A program made the translations under genes and the position numbers. Positions 38,257-48,036 of a stretch of 64,000 nucleotides of DNA are shown piece after piece. Source of the stretch: Defluviitaleaceae bacterium (GTDB taxonomy: Bacteria > Bacillota > Clostridia > Lachnospirales > WRAX01); NCBI GenBank assembly GCA_009785555.1, contig WQWB01000002.1:2926-66925 (forward strand), in the 5' to 3' direction. Positions within the stretch are counted from its first letter, which is position 1. Each line of letters begins with the position of its first letter. The notes beneath the pieces are model-generated. The model made no database searches. It had not been told where the DNA came from and worked only from the letters and a program-made list of their open reading frames with translations.

Positions 38257-38321
38257 ATAAAATAAACCAACTGTATAACCTTATTATTAACATATAGAAG
38301 AATTACTTATAAATACTAACC

Positions 38322-39146
38322 TTACACAAGCTCAAGCAGTTTAACTGCCCGCTCGTATGCCCGCGCTAGGTACGCCTCGGCGGACAAGTCGTTGTATATC
38401 GCCGCTCCCTCATGCTTACGGTTAAAATCCACTTCCAGCGTAAAATATTCAATTCGCTTACACTCTTTAAGCCTACGCATCTTATCCACCCAATCTATCG
38501 TACCGTCTCTGGGCAGAACATGTGCGTCACAATCCCAATTCGGTGTGCCGTCGGGTTTTATTGGGTCCGCAAAATTATCGTTAATGTGGACAGCAAAAAG
38601 TCTATCGCCGTACAGCCCTAAGGCGTCGTACGGTCTATTCACGTTCTCATGCCCGCTGTCGTAGCACAAACCTACATTCGGAGATGAGAAATGGTTAAAA
38701 ACCGCAGCTAGATGATCAGGCGACCACAAGTTCTCGAACGCCAACTTCACGTTTTTCTGTTCCGCAGCCTCAATTATCTTAACAATACGGCGAAGGCCAA
38801 TATCAGACACCGGCGGATACGGCGGCATGGACGTAAGATGGATTACAGCGGATGGGATTTGGTAAGCGGCGCAGTCGTTTACGCAGGAAATCAGCATATC
38901 ACGGTATACATCACCGTCAAATCCTTCTTGCCAAACGGAGCTTGCGTTTGCGGAAGGAGCATGTATGTTGTCTATCTCTAAGCCTATCCCTCTCGCCAGT
39001 TTCGGCTGCTTACGCTTATCAAGCACACCGTCTATGTCACCCCACCATAAGCACGTCGCGGCGAACCCGGCGGCCTTTATCAAACGGAACGTTTCATCAA
39101 GCGGTACATCTTTGTAACTTATCCATGGACAAATGCCGATTTTCAT
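38322..39146 (-). CDS. Sugar phosphate isomerase/epimerase (xylose isomerase-like TIM barrel)
   Basis: IKAAGF, NIHAP, LAFENL, CYDSGH, VHINDN, DAHVLPRDGTIDW, TLE. Confidence 0.85.
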   Translation of the reverse strand: MKIGICPWISYKDVPLDETFRLIKAAGFAATCLWWGDIDGVLDKRKQPKLARGIGLEIDNIHAPSANASSVWQEGFDGDVYRDMLISCVNDCAAYQIPSAVIHLTSMPPYPPVSDIGLRRIVKIIEAAEQKNVKLAFENLWSPDHLAAVFNHFSSPNVGLCYDSGHENVNRPYDALGLYGDRLFAVHINDNFADPIKPDGTPNWDCDAHVLPRDGTIDWVDKMRRLKECKRIEYFTLEVDFNRKHEGAAIYNDLSAEAYLARAYERAVKLLELV

Positions 39147-39360
39147 TGATTACTCCCATTCCCTTATATCAACCGAGGCGAACTCAGTTCGCCCCTACGA
39201 GGTTACAGATGCCGATTTTCATTGATTACTCCCATTCCCTTATATTAACCAAGGCGAACTCAGTTCGCCCCTACGAGGTTACAGATGCCGATTTTCATTG
39301 ATTACTCCCATTCCTTTAAAATTAACCCCGGCGAACTCGGTTCCGCCCCTACGCGGTTAC
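39133..39360. repeat. Triple tandem 76-bp repeat containing a REP plus the RBS and first codons of the downstream gene
   Basis: Units start at 39133, 39209, 39285; REP cores at 39177, 39253, 39330. Confidence 0.9.
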
Positions 39361-40463
39361 GTTCCCCATATCCTCTTCTGCGTCCATGGCGGTGCGTCAA
39401 CCGTCCAAAACGGGTCGCAGGGCGAGATGCCAAGCGGCAGGAATGCAGCGGATGCAAGATACAGGCTGCCAGTGCTGATATACGATTCACCTATTTCTGG
39501 CTGGTGCGCGTTTATGCCGATGTTAAGGAAACCATCCTCACGGTATGATGAAGGGGTTAGGGTTTTTTCAACCACGGAATATAAAACATCACGCGCTGTT
39601 TCACGTGGAACATTTTGGGATAAGCGGTTTTGCTGCGTCAGCATCGCAAGCAAATGAAAAACACCACAACGATAAGCTAGGGACCGCCCTACGGCAATAT
39701 ACGTGCCATCAGGCGCGACGAGGTTTTCAAGCACCTCAGCAAAGCGCTTCGCGCGCTCCAAGACGCGTTCCACCGCGCCATCTGCCATCCATTCCGGCGC
39801 ATAATCGCAAATATCCAGCATCATCGGATGAATGACAAGACTGTTATAATAATCCGTCGCGAACTTTGGCCCGTCGCCGTACCAGCCGTCGCCGAAATAC
39901 CAAGACTCCACAAGGTTGAAGTAATTGAGTATTTTATCTCTATCCGCCTTGCCCGTAATAAACTTCCAAAGCAACTCTACCTCCGTGGAAAACAACACCC
40001 AGTTATTGTTATACGGCGTCATTTTCCGCACAGCCTGGAAAAGCCTTATCACGTTCTCCTTCGTCGCGTCAGGCAAGGGCGACCACAAGGCCGACGGAGC
40101 ACGCAGTATAGCTTGGGCAAGGAACGCCGCATCCACCAAAAATTGGCTTGCGCCGTTTCCGCAATTGGTATAATCCGCGAAATCCGGCGAGTTCGGGTTG
40201 GTTTGCCAATCTATTGCGCTACATGCCATTTGCAAGTACTTTTGCCGCAACAAAACCTCCGCATTGTCGTATATATCCGCGGACAGCCACGGCGCAAGGC
40301 CGTTCAGCAAACGCCCGATGGCCTCCAGCCCCGTATACTTTACACGGTTCGCGCCTGGCTTTTCCTCAACCGACATGGTTGCGAAAAGTTCACCACAGGC
40401 GGCGGCAGCGAGGACAGGGTCAGCCAGTTTAATGAGATTGGATAGAAAATCAGATCTTCTCAC
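39357..40463 (-). CDS. DUF2264 family protein
   Basis: LEAIGRLLNGLAPWL, QFLVDAAFLA, NNNWVLF, WYFGDGWYGDG, DYYNS, GRSLAYR, YISTGSLYL; start uncertain. Confidence 0.85.
   Translation of the reverse strand: MRRSDFLSNLIKLADPVLAAAACGELFATMSVEEKPGANRVKYTGLEAIGRLLNGLAPWLSADIYDNAEVLLRQKYLQMACSAIDWQTNPNSPDFADYTNCGNGASQFLVDAAFLAQAILRAPSALWSPLPDATKENVIRLFQAVRKMTPYNNNWVLFSTEVELLWKFITGKADRDKILNYFNLVESWYFGDGWYGDGPKFATDYYNSLVIHPMMLDICDYAPEWMADGAVERVLERAKRFAEVLENLVAPDGTYIAVGRSLAYRCGVFHLLAMLTQQNRLSQNVPRETARDVLYSVVEKTLTPSSYREDGFLNIGINAHQPEIGESYISTGSLYLASAAFLPLGISPCDPFWTVDAPPWTQKRIWGT
39597..39612. promoter_or_regulatory. parS centromere-like site
   Basis: TGTTTCACGTGGAACA; reverse complement TGTTCCACGTGAAACA fits the Firmicute consensus TGTTNCACGTGAAACA. 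Confidence 0.8.
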
Positions 40464-40864
40464 CCAGCCATCAACTCCCACTGCACACCGTACTTATCCA
40501 AAAGCGAAACGAAGGCCGCGCAATATGTGGTACTCTCCATCGGACTGAGGATTTCCGCGCCTTCGGCAATGACTTCATATGCTGCCTTCAATTCTTCAAC
40601 CGTATCGAAGTGGATCAACAGCGATACTTGATTGCCTGCGCGGTAACCGTCCGTCGCATCATTTAGAAATAGGCGTTGTTCGCCTATAATTATTTCCGAG
40701 TGATATACCAGCTCTTTATGGTTTTCCTCGGCCATATAATCCGCCGGGTCGGCGTCAGAATTAAGGAATATGGCTTTAACTTCCGCGCCGAACGCTCGCT
40801 TGTATAACTCCACGGCCTGTTTACAATTACCGTAAAAGTGCATGTTTGGTATGATATGCGTCAT
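40460..40864 (-). CDS. VOC/PhnB-like protein
   Basis: FYGNCKQAVELYKRAFGA, VYHSEI, LLDKYGVQWEL. Confidence 0.85.
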   Translation of the reverse strand: MTHIIPNMHFYGNCKQAVELYKRAFGAEVKAIFLNSDADPADYMAEENHKELVYHSEIIIGEQRLFLNDATDGYRAGNQVSLLIHFDTVEELKAAYEVIAEGAEILSPMESTTYCAAFVSLLDKYGVQWELMAG

Positions 40865-40876
40865 CTCAATTTCCTC

Positions 40877-43531
40877 CTAGTACCCGCAGATACAGCGGCT
40901 TTCATCCATATAGGTAATCCTCACCAGGCTTGGCACGGCATTACCAGCCACCCAAACATCGAAGAAGAGTACAAGGTCACCGTGGCGGATTCCACCGCTC
41001 CTGCCGCGTGTTTGGCACACATAACCGCCGAACAGCGAGGCCAACGCATTTACGTCATTATCCAACGATATACCATTTATCGTTAAGCTCCTGTCCGTCG
41101 TGTATACCCACGAAACGGGTTGGCCGTAATGCCAGTACAGAACTATCCGTCCATATTCCATATAGTACCACCTTAAACCCGAACCTATCCTCAGCCAGCC
41201 CTCCTCTTCCGGTTCGCCGCGGCGGCCGACGATTGTGTCTCTAGGCAGGCCGATAAAATCCCATGGGTTTATATTGCCTGTGATATCCATTATTCTAACT
41301 CGATCCGGCAGCTGTGAAAATCCGATTTCAACGAGTTCGTCAACATATGATAAAAATTCCTGCTGGCTGATGCTTTCCTCGACCCCGCCATAAAAACGGT
41401 AAAAATTGCCTTGGAAGCTGATAAGCTCAAACGAGCCGAAGGAGTTTGCCGCCAAATCGTCCACCGTAAAGAATTCCTGTACATTTATGCCGCCTACATG
41501 CGTAAATACGATCGCCCCGCGGCTTTGCGAGTGCCTTGGGTTTATACCGAATATAAACGTTATAAATACAATCTTCCCATTTTCTGGCTCATACGTAAAT
41601 ATCCAACTCGCGTCCTCCCTGTGGGAAAGCGTTGTTGTGATTATTAACTGAGGAACACCTCCGCCGCTTATATCTAAAATGGCGTAACGTAATGGCGAAA
41701 GCAACTCCGCGTCCCAATCCGCAAGGCCGGGTTCAATATACGGTTCGAATGCCCTTGTTGTTAAAAATTCATAATATGCCGCCATAGCTTCGGAAGCATC
41801 AAATACAACCGGCGGCATAACGAAGCCGGCCATCCAACTAACATCAAAATTATGGTCGCCTATCGCCGCCTCACGCACTCCAATGATATTTGCGTTAATT
41901 ATGTTGTGCAGGAGTGCGGCGTTTTCTTGATTTAGATGGCGGGCACGAGCGGCCTCTGCGCCAGTAAGCACGCCGGAGTTAATAAGCGACTCCCGTATTG
42001 TTATGGCCGATTTTAACTGCAATACCATTGCATCACGCATATCGTACATGTACATGATCTGCAGCCACTCCCCGTCCACTTTTGGGGATTGCTCCGGCTG
42101 CCGCCTACGTGTTTGTTGCTGTAACGTATATTGGTTTGCAATAGGAAGATAATTAGTGTAGAATAAACGTGACCAATAATGAACAACAAGTTCCGCCGCC
42201 ACTTGCTGTATCAGCGAGGCGTTATACGCGTTATGTAATTGTATATCCCTCTCAAGGCGAGAGGCCGAAAACGGATGCCAGCGGTTGATGCGCCAAGCGT
42301 AATCCCATGCCGTTGCAACGGGGTTTTTTAATGTTACCGCCGATGTTGCCAAATCTATCGCTGTACGGCGCAACGCGTTTTCTATCGCGGTTATCTCCCG
42401 CAGATAGGCACTGCCTGTCTGCCTGTGGATATTTTGCGCGGCGTCCAGCACGGTTTCCATGTAGCGTCGGTCATTACCCGTAGCATCCATTATTATGGAT
42501 GAATGGCGGTAACCACGTAATATAATGTCTAATAAATCGCGCTGGTTAGCTGTTATGCGCTCAAACGCCCTGGCGGACTCTATAGCGTTTACCGCATTGC
42601 CCAAAAGCATGGCCGATACGCCAAATACCTCAGCATAGTGTGAAACCGCGTCAAAAACATCACCCGTTACCTCCCACGCCAGGCCACCCTCGCCATCAGA
42701 CAATATATCGAAAGCAAAACCAAGCACATCGTCAGCCACGCCTGTTACATCAGCCACAATACCGGCAAAACGATTCGTTATATTGAGGAAATCCACACTC
42801 CCGCCCGCCTGCATAAGATGCGGCGCGCTTGCGATGGTTAGAATGTCCATCAACGTATCCTCCATTGCGCTTTGCACGATACTCTGCGGGCTGATGGCCA
42901 TAATAAAAAAATTGCTTTCCCTATTAAGCAAAGCGTTAAGCCCCGCAAGCGTCAAAGTGCGTTCCAGGTTGCCGCTTGTATAGCCAATCTCACTCCAGAT
43001 AAAGAAATGCCCCCAACCCGAATAGCCAAAGTCCGCCAAAGCGTCAAAGAAATTGTACCGTACGGCCACCATAAACTGCACGGTTGCATGTTCATCAAGC
43101 CGTATGTCTGCTCCTATATAGTGCAAAAAGTCTAACGCCGATACGTATATTTCACCGTTATGAAGCATCATCGGCATTTTAATATTAAAGTAGTCGCTAT
43201 AAAAATGCTCCACCATTACGTTAGAGCTAACATGCAGGACAAATCGCCGCGCGCCGCGGTTAAGCGCAAGCTCTGGCCTGTACCTGTCGCTGCGATCCAC
43301 ATCTGCGCCGCTTATATCGGCAAGGTCTGCAAGAGATACGTAGAACACTCCGTCGCGGTAATAGCCGTTTATGTAATGCCTGTCAGATAAATTGCTGTAC
43401 ATGGACAAGCGAACCGGGACGAGCACCTGATCCGTAAACGCGGAAACAGCAACAGGTACTGTAGTAGTAAAAAACATGATTACCGCAAGCATTAAAGCCA
43501 TTAAACTCTTTTCGATATATCCATTCACCAT
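40877..43531 (-). CDS. Large secreted hypothetical protein
   Basis: Signal-peptide-like N-terminus behind GGAGGA RBS at 43531; YAILDISGGGVPQLII motif; long uninterrupted ORF. Confidence 0.7.
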   Translation of the reverse strand: MVNGYIEKSLMALMLAVIMFFTTTVPVAVSAFTDQVLVPVRLSMYSNLSDRHYINGYYRDGVFYVSLADLADISGADVDRSDRYRPELALNRGARRFVLHVSSNVMVEHFYSDYFNIKMPMMLHNGEIYVSALDFLHYIGADIRLDEHATVQFMVAVRYNFFDALADFGYSGWGHFFIWSEIGYTSGNLERTLTLAGLNALLNRESNFFIMAISPQSIVQSAMEDTLMDILTIASAPHLMQAGGSVDFLNITNRFAGIVADVTGVADDVLGFAFDILSDGEGGLAWEVTGDVFDAVSHYAEVFGVSAMLLGNAVNAIESARAFERITANQRDLLDIILRGYRHSSIIMDATGNDRRYMETVLDAAQNIHRQTGSAYLREITAIENALRRTAIDLATSAVTLKNPVATAWDYAWRINRWHPFSASRLERDIQLHNAYNASLIQQVAAELVVHYWSRLFYTNYLPIANQYTLQQQTRRRQPEQSPKVDGEWLQIMYMYDMRDAMVLQLKSAITIRESLINSGVLTGAEAARARHLNQENAALLHNIINANIIGVREAAIGDHNFDVSWMAGFVMPPVVFDASEAMAAYYEFLTTRAFEPYIEPGLADWDAELLSPLRYAILDISGGGVPQLIITTTLSHREDASWIFTYEPENGKIVFITFIFGINPRHSQSRGAIVFTHVGGINVQEFFTVDDLAANSFGSFELISFQGNFYRFYGGVEESISQQEFLSYVDELVEIGFSQLPDRVRIMDITGNINPWDFIGLPRDTIVGRRGEPEEEGWLRIGSGLRWYYMEYGRIVLYWHYGQPVSWVYTTDRSLTINGISLDNDVNALASLFGGYVCQTRGRSGGIRHGDLVLFFDVWVAGNAVPSLVRITYMDESRCICGY

Positions 43532-43676
43532 ATTTTCCTCCAATTTCACCTTAAACAACGGCATCTTCTATAAAAGACGTCAAGTCACCTTACTGCATAT
43601 CAGAATATCAAAAACATTCACCTCGCGGTTGTATCCTTTGCGTATGAGCCGCCTCTTAACCTCATATTAGCCGAAA

Positions 43677-43768
43677 TCAAAGTAGGGCTTGATTGGGCAA
43701 CACGCAAGCGTCCCAACCTGTTCGTAGAATAACTACGCATGTAGCTATTCTATGGACACTCCTCTATA
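43677..43768. repeat. Partial copy (right half) of the MITE-like element
   Basis: tcaaagta..gggcaacacgcaagcgtccc..tgttcgtagaataactacgcatgtagctattcta..ctcctctata aligns to 13756-13842. Confidence 0.75.
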
Positions 43769-43796
43769 ATTGCGGATACAGATAAAACATATAATA

Positions 43797-44318
43797 TCAT
43801 TGGCTAATAGCAGAAATAACGGCACTATTATTTTTAATGTGAATAACAGCTTCATCTATTGAGAGGCTGCTTGTGTCAACAATATTACCATCCTTGCGTT
43901 TACTGAAATGTTCTAGTAACTCTGTTGAAAAAGCAAGAAATTCATCGCTGCGCCAATCAGCGACTGAATCTTTATACCACCTATCTTCCAATACAGCTTT
44001 GCTGCAAGTAAGAATATAGTGTTGGACATCATAACCCATTGCGGTTATATCAGCGATAAACCCCGTTGTCAACGACTCTCCCATTATCCAACTCAAAACA
44101 ACAGTATCGCAATAGGCGAAATCAAAATAATTTTTCGACATATGCAGAATGTTGTCTTTTTGCATATGGTATGTTTCTTTATAGTCAACATGAGGGTGTA
44201 GTTCGATGACGAAATCACCGTCAATGTAGGCACAACGACCAATAGCTTCTGCAATTTTTCTGCCTACAGTCGTTTTACCAGTACCAGGGGAACCGTTTAT
44301 TATGATGTATTTTTTCAT
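43797..44318 (-). CDS. P-loop nucleotide kinase-like protein
   Basis: IIINGSPGTGKTT, IDGD, VDTS.LS. Confidence 0.82.
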   Translation of the reverse strand: MKKYIIINGSPGTGKTTVGRKIAEAIGRCAYIDGDFVIELHPHVDYKETYHMQKDNILHMSKNYFDFAYCDTVVLSWIMGESLTTGFIADITAMGYDVQHYILTCSKAVLEDRWYKDSVADWRSDEFLAFSTELLEHFSKRKDGNIVDTSSLSIDEAVIHIKNNSAVISAISQ

Positions 44319-44637
44319 TTGTATCCTCATTTAATATAGTTCTCCAAACTGCGTTTTTCCACACCCCGCAGATAACGACTTAGTATGCCGTGTTATATTT
44401 TATTCTCGCTTTTGCCGCCGCCACTTCAGCCTTAATAATTTTCACGAAGTATTCGGCATCATCCGGGTTTGAAGTATCAGGAATAAAATAATAATCGTAA
44501 CTGCACAATACGATTAGTAACCCGTACGTCACCATGACGGATTATTAACCCTTCACTCTGCAAAATCTTATGCATCCGCAGGAAGAACTCGCGGCATCCA
44601 TCATTTAATTGATTGGAAAATGTTTATATTTCGTCCA

Positions 44638-46716
44638 TCACAACCTTATAAGCTCCGCAATACTGATGGCTATATTATCCAAGATATCATAAAACTTATC
44701 GTTCAAATCATAATACTTGCCGTTAGGTTTCGTCACCGGGTCGTAGGCGGATATGCTGTCCTTGTCCTTACGGGCCACAACATAGGTCGTCACTTCGCGG
44801 CTGGCTAGAATGTTGCAGATATCCTGCACGCTCTTGCCATCAAACGTCGGCACGTGTGGCGGTGCGTCGGTTATAAGGATAAATATGTTCTTCGATCCGT
44901 CAGGAACGCGTGCAGATTCGAGGAGCTGTACACCCGTCTCAAGCGCCTCAAGGCTGGATTCCGGTATGTCGCCGCCATAAGTACGTGGGATGTTCTTAAC
45001 CTGCTTTTGGAAACGTGATACGTCATCCGTAAAATTGTAAACGCTTGGTTTCTCCTTTTCACCAAGGTCACCGAATCCGATAAGCCCCAGCTTAAAAGAA
45101 CAACCCTTGGACGCAAGTATGTTAGAAAACTCTATCGCTCTATCCTTCACGCCATTGATGTACGTGTCCATGCTTCCTGTCGTGTCTATCACAAACACGA
45201 TATTTACAGCCGTTCCGCTCATGGCGGCGGGCGGCTTGGGCGCATTTTCCTTCGTCCTGTCAAATTCCGCCTTCTCCGTCTTGCCGGTAGACACATCTTT
45301 TACATAAACCTCAAAAAGATTGTTTTTATCAATTGCATAGGTAATCTCGATTTGGGTCGTACCCTTAAGCCCGCTAAGCACTACAGAACCGATGTATTTG
45401 CGCTCCGCCTCAAAGCCTTGCTCCCATTGGAAAACATCCACGTTAACGACTGGCGCGCCGCTGGAAGCGAAATTAGCGTCGCTAAATTTGGACGGGATAG
45501 GGCTACCCATCGGTATAATAGGGATAAGCCCGCGCTCCCTCGTGGATACGTTTACAACAGCCTCCGTGCCAAAAATTTGGCGCGTTACCTGCCCCACCTT
45601 TACATTTGAGCCGGGCAGGTGGATTAAATAATTGTAAATCGCCGCCCCCATTGCGACGGATTTGGCCGGATCAGTCGCGCGGTACGGCTCTTTAATAAAA
45701 CCAGCAACCATGCGGCGCACCATAGGAATGAGCGTGGACCCACCGACGAGGATGACCTTCGATATCTCGTCCGCACCTTTACCAGCGCGGTTAAGTGCTT
45801 CTTCCACAATATCACGCGACCTATCCACGTATTTACGGATCATCGCCTCAAACTCATCGCGCGTTATCTCAAATGATAGGTTAAGCGGTACGCCGTCCCG
45901 TATCGTAAGCGGGTTGACCCGCACGGCGGCCTTGTTTGCGCCGGAAAGCTTCTTCTTCGTTTGCTCAGCCTCAAAGCGAAGTTTCTGCAGTACGCGCTTA
46001 CGCTCCAATTCCGGCAAGGCATCCAAATCAACCTCAGTCTCCGCTGTAAACCTTTCCTTCATGAAGCGAACAAGCTCCGCGTCGAAATCATCGCCGCCCA
46101 GGTTCATATCACCCACGTCGGACAACTCTTGGAAGACTTCTTGCCCGTCCCCATCTTTACCCACCTTCAACACGCACGCGTCAAACGTGCCGCCGCCCAG
46201 GTCGTAGACCAAAAGCGTCTGCGCGTAAGCCTGCCGGTAACCGTACTCTATGGCCGCACTTAACGGCTCACTAAGCAAAAAGACCTCCTTAAAACCTGCA
46301 AGCGCACCGGCTGTTTTGGTGGCGAAAATTTGCCTATCGTTAAAATAGGCCGGATGGGTGATGACAACCTCGTCAAACACGCAGCCCGCCTGCTCCTCCG
46401 CACATGACTTCAACTTTTTAAGTATTTCCGCCGATATCTCCTCCGGCGTTTTCGTTATCTCTCCGATATTTACGCTTTCCGCGCCGCCGATCAGGCGTTT
46501 TATAGACATTACCGTCGTCTCCGGGTAGATTATCGCGCCGCTCTTGGCCTCCGCGCCGACAATAACTCCATCCTCGTTCTTTCCATCACCAAACGTAACC
46601 ACCGACGGCAAAATCTCGTCCATGCCATCTATCTTAACCGTCTCCAACCTGTCCGTCTTGTCATTATAAATCACGGCAACCGAGTTCGTCGTGCCGAGGT
46701 CTATTCCTAAATACAT
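44638..46716 (-). CDS. Hsp70-family protein fused to a C-terminal vWA domain
   Basis: GIDLGTTNS, ITHPAYF, YDLGGGTFD, LGGDDFD, LVGGST; C-terminal IVFVIDTTGSM (MIDAS), GGDIPES, ITDAPPH. Confidence 0.9.
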   Translation of the reverse strand: MYLGIDLGTTNSVAVIYNDKTDRLETVKIDGMDEILPSVVTFGDGKNEDGVIVGAEAKSGAIIYPETTVMSIKRLIGGAESVNIGEITKTPEEISAEILKKLKSCAEEQAGCVFDEVVITHPAYFNDRQIFATKTAGALAGFKEVFLLSEPLSAAIEYGYRQAYAQTLLVYDLGGGTFDACVLKVGKDGDGQEVFQELSDVGDMNLGGDDFDAELVRFMKERFTAETEVDLDALPELERKRVLQKLRFEAEQTKKKLSGANKAAVRVNPLTIRDGVPLNLSFEITRDEFEAMIRKYVDRSRDIVEEALNRAGKGADEISKVILVGGSTLIPMVRRMVAGFIKEPYRATDPAKSVAMGAAIYNYLIHLPGSNVKVGQVTRQIFGTEAVVNVSTRERGLIPIIPMGSPIPSKFSDANFASSGAPVVNVDVFQWEQGFEAERKYIGSVVLSGLKGTTQIEITYAIDKNNLFEVYVKDVSTGKTEKAEFDRTKENAPKPPAAMSGTAVNIVFVIDTTGSMDTYINGVKDRAIEFSNILASKGCSFKLGLIGFGDLGEKEKPSVYNFTDDVSRFQKQVKNIPRTYGGDIPESSLEALETGVQLLESARVPDGSKNIFILITDAPPHVPTFDGKSVQDICNILASREVTTYVVARKDKDSISAYDPVTKPNGKYYDLNDKFYDILDNIAISIAELIRL

Positions 46717-46798
46717 ATATTTTACCCCTTTTATCCATCGTATTTGTGTAAAGTATACCACACCAAGCCAACGTTTGTCTATTAAATTTTGCCGCAAG

Positions 46799-46827
46799 TT
46801 GACATTTATACCGTGCTGTGATAAACT
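46799..46827 (+). promoter_or_regulatory. Sigma-A promoter
   Basis: TTGACA-17 nt-TAAACT with TG extension. Confidence 0.65.
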
Positions 46828-46856
46828 TTCAGAATATATAATTGGGGGAACAGAAA

Positions 46857-47285
46857 ATGAACCTTACCTTTGGGCTATTGTGCGAAAGCGACGCCTCACA
46901 TATAACCGAAATTGTTAATTGGTTTATGGAATGCAGCTACGACCAAATTAAGGCGTTTTTATCTGAAAAGCAAAATATAGCCATTGTAGCAAAATTGGAT
47001 GAAAGAGTAGTCGGCCTAGTATATGGGTATTCGCTCACATGCTTCGATAAGGAAAAACCACAGTTCTTTATATACTCCGTAGATGTCCATAACGATCATC
47101 AGAACACCGGCTACGGCAGCCAGCTTGTGGCGTATGCAGTGGAATGGGCGCGAAACAATGGCTTTGGCGAGGCCTTCGTCATGACACACAAAGACAACCC
47201 TCGCGCTTGCAAGGTGTACGAAAAGGCTGGTATGACACATAGCGAGAGCGACTGCGAGCGGATGTATGAAATTGAATATGAATAG
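46857..47285 (+). CDS. GNAT family N-acetyltransferase
   Basis: VDVHNDHQNTGYGSQL, DNPRACKVYEKAG. Confidence 0.85.
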   Translation: MNLTFGLLCESDASHITEIVNWFMECSYDQIKAFLSEKQNIAIVAKLDERVVGLVYGYSLTCFDKEKPQFFIYSVDVHNDHQNTGYGSQLVAYAVEWARNNGFGEAFVMTHKDNPRACKVYEKAGMTHSESDCERMYEIEYE

Positions 47286-47333
47286 TGAATCGTACGCTTA
47301 GAGCTTTTTAATGAAACGGAAGGATCTTTAGCA

Positions 47334-47825
47334 ATGAAGAAAATAACCTTTATGGAAGCATTGGGGCATGCCGCGCCGCAACCAGTTGCCTTAATTTGCA
47401 TACCCATACCCGATTCCTATGGGCGCACGAACCTTGCCCCGGTGGCATGGTGGACGTTTTTGGAAAGCGAGCCGCCGATGATTGGGTTCTCTATGGCAAA
47501 ACAGAGCTACACCTGCGAACTAGCTAGTAATACGGACAAATTGGTGATATGCCTGCCCGGTGAGACCATCGCCGACGAGGTACTTAAATGCGGCACAGTT
47601 ACGGGGCTTGATGTTGACAAAGCACATAAATACGGCATTGAGCTGGCTGGCGGTGAAGCGAAGTATCCGGCTCACAGTAAAATTGCATTCATCTGCACGG
47701 TATCTCAACGTGTTCCCGTAGGCGACTGTGTGTTCTTCGTGTGCAGCGTGGACGATATCTTAGCAGATGAGGCGCGGCGGCATATTTACACTTTGGGTAA
47801 ATCCCAAAAATTGGGGGCATTATAA
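47334..47825 (+). CDS. Flavin reductase-like FMN-binding protein
   Basis: PQPVALI, NLAPVAWW, PPMIG, CGTVTG.DVDK, VGD. Confidence 0.8.
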   Translation: MKKITFMEALGHAAPQPVALICIPIPDSYGRTNLAPVAWWTFLESEPPMIGFSMAKQSYTCELASNTDKLVICLPGETIADEVLKCGTVTGLDVDKAHKYGIELAGGEAKYPAHSKIAFICTVSQRVPVGDCVFFVCSVDDILADEARRHIYTLGKSQKLGAL

Positions 47826-48036
47826 CTTCTATGCGTATTGTATAAGTTTGGCTATGATGTATAATTATAACCCGCAAATTACAATAATCGCACGCAAACC
47901 TATAAATACGCAGGCAGAAATGCTTTTATACAACTATATAAAATTACTTCGGTGAAGCCATGTGATTATTAAAAGGGTATTCACTTTTGCCGGAAGTATT
48001 GGTGAAAGGCGATATTAGCGTATCGGATATTGATTT

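Noticed and set aside
39133-39360. Possible CRISPR array (76-bp period)
   Set aside because: The would-be spacers are near-identical and copy the adjacent gene start, so this is a tandem duplication.
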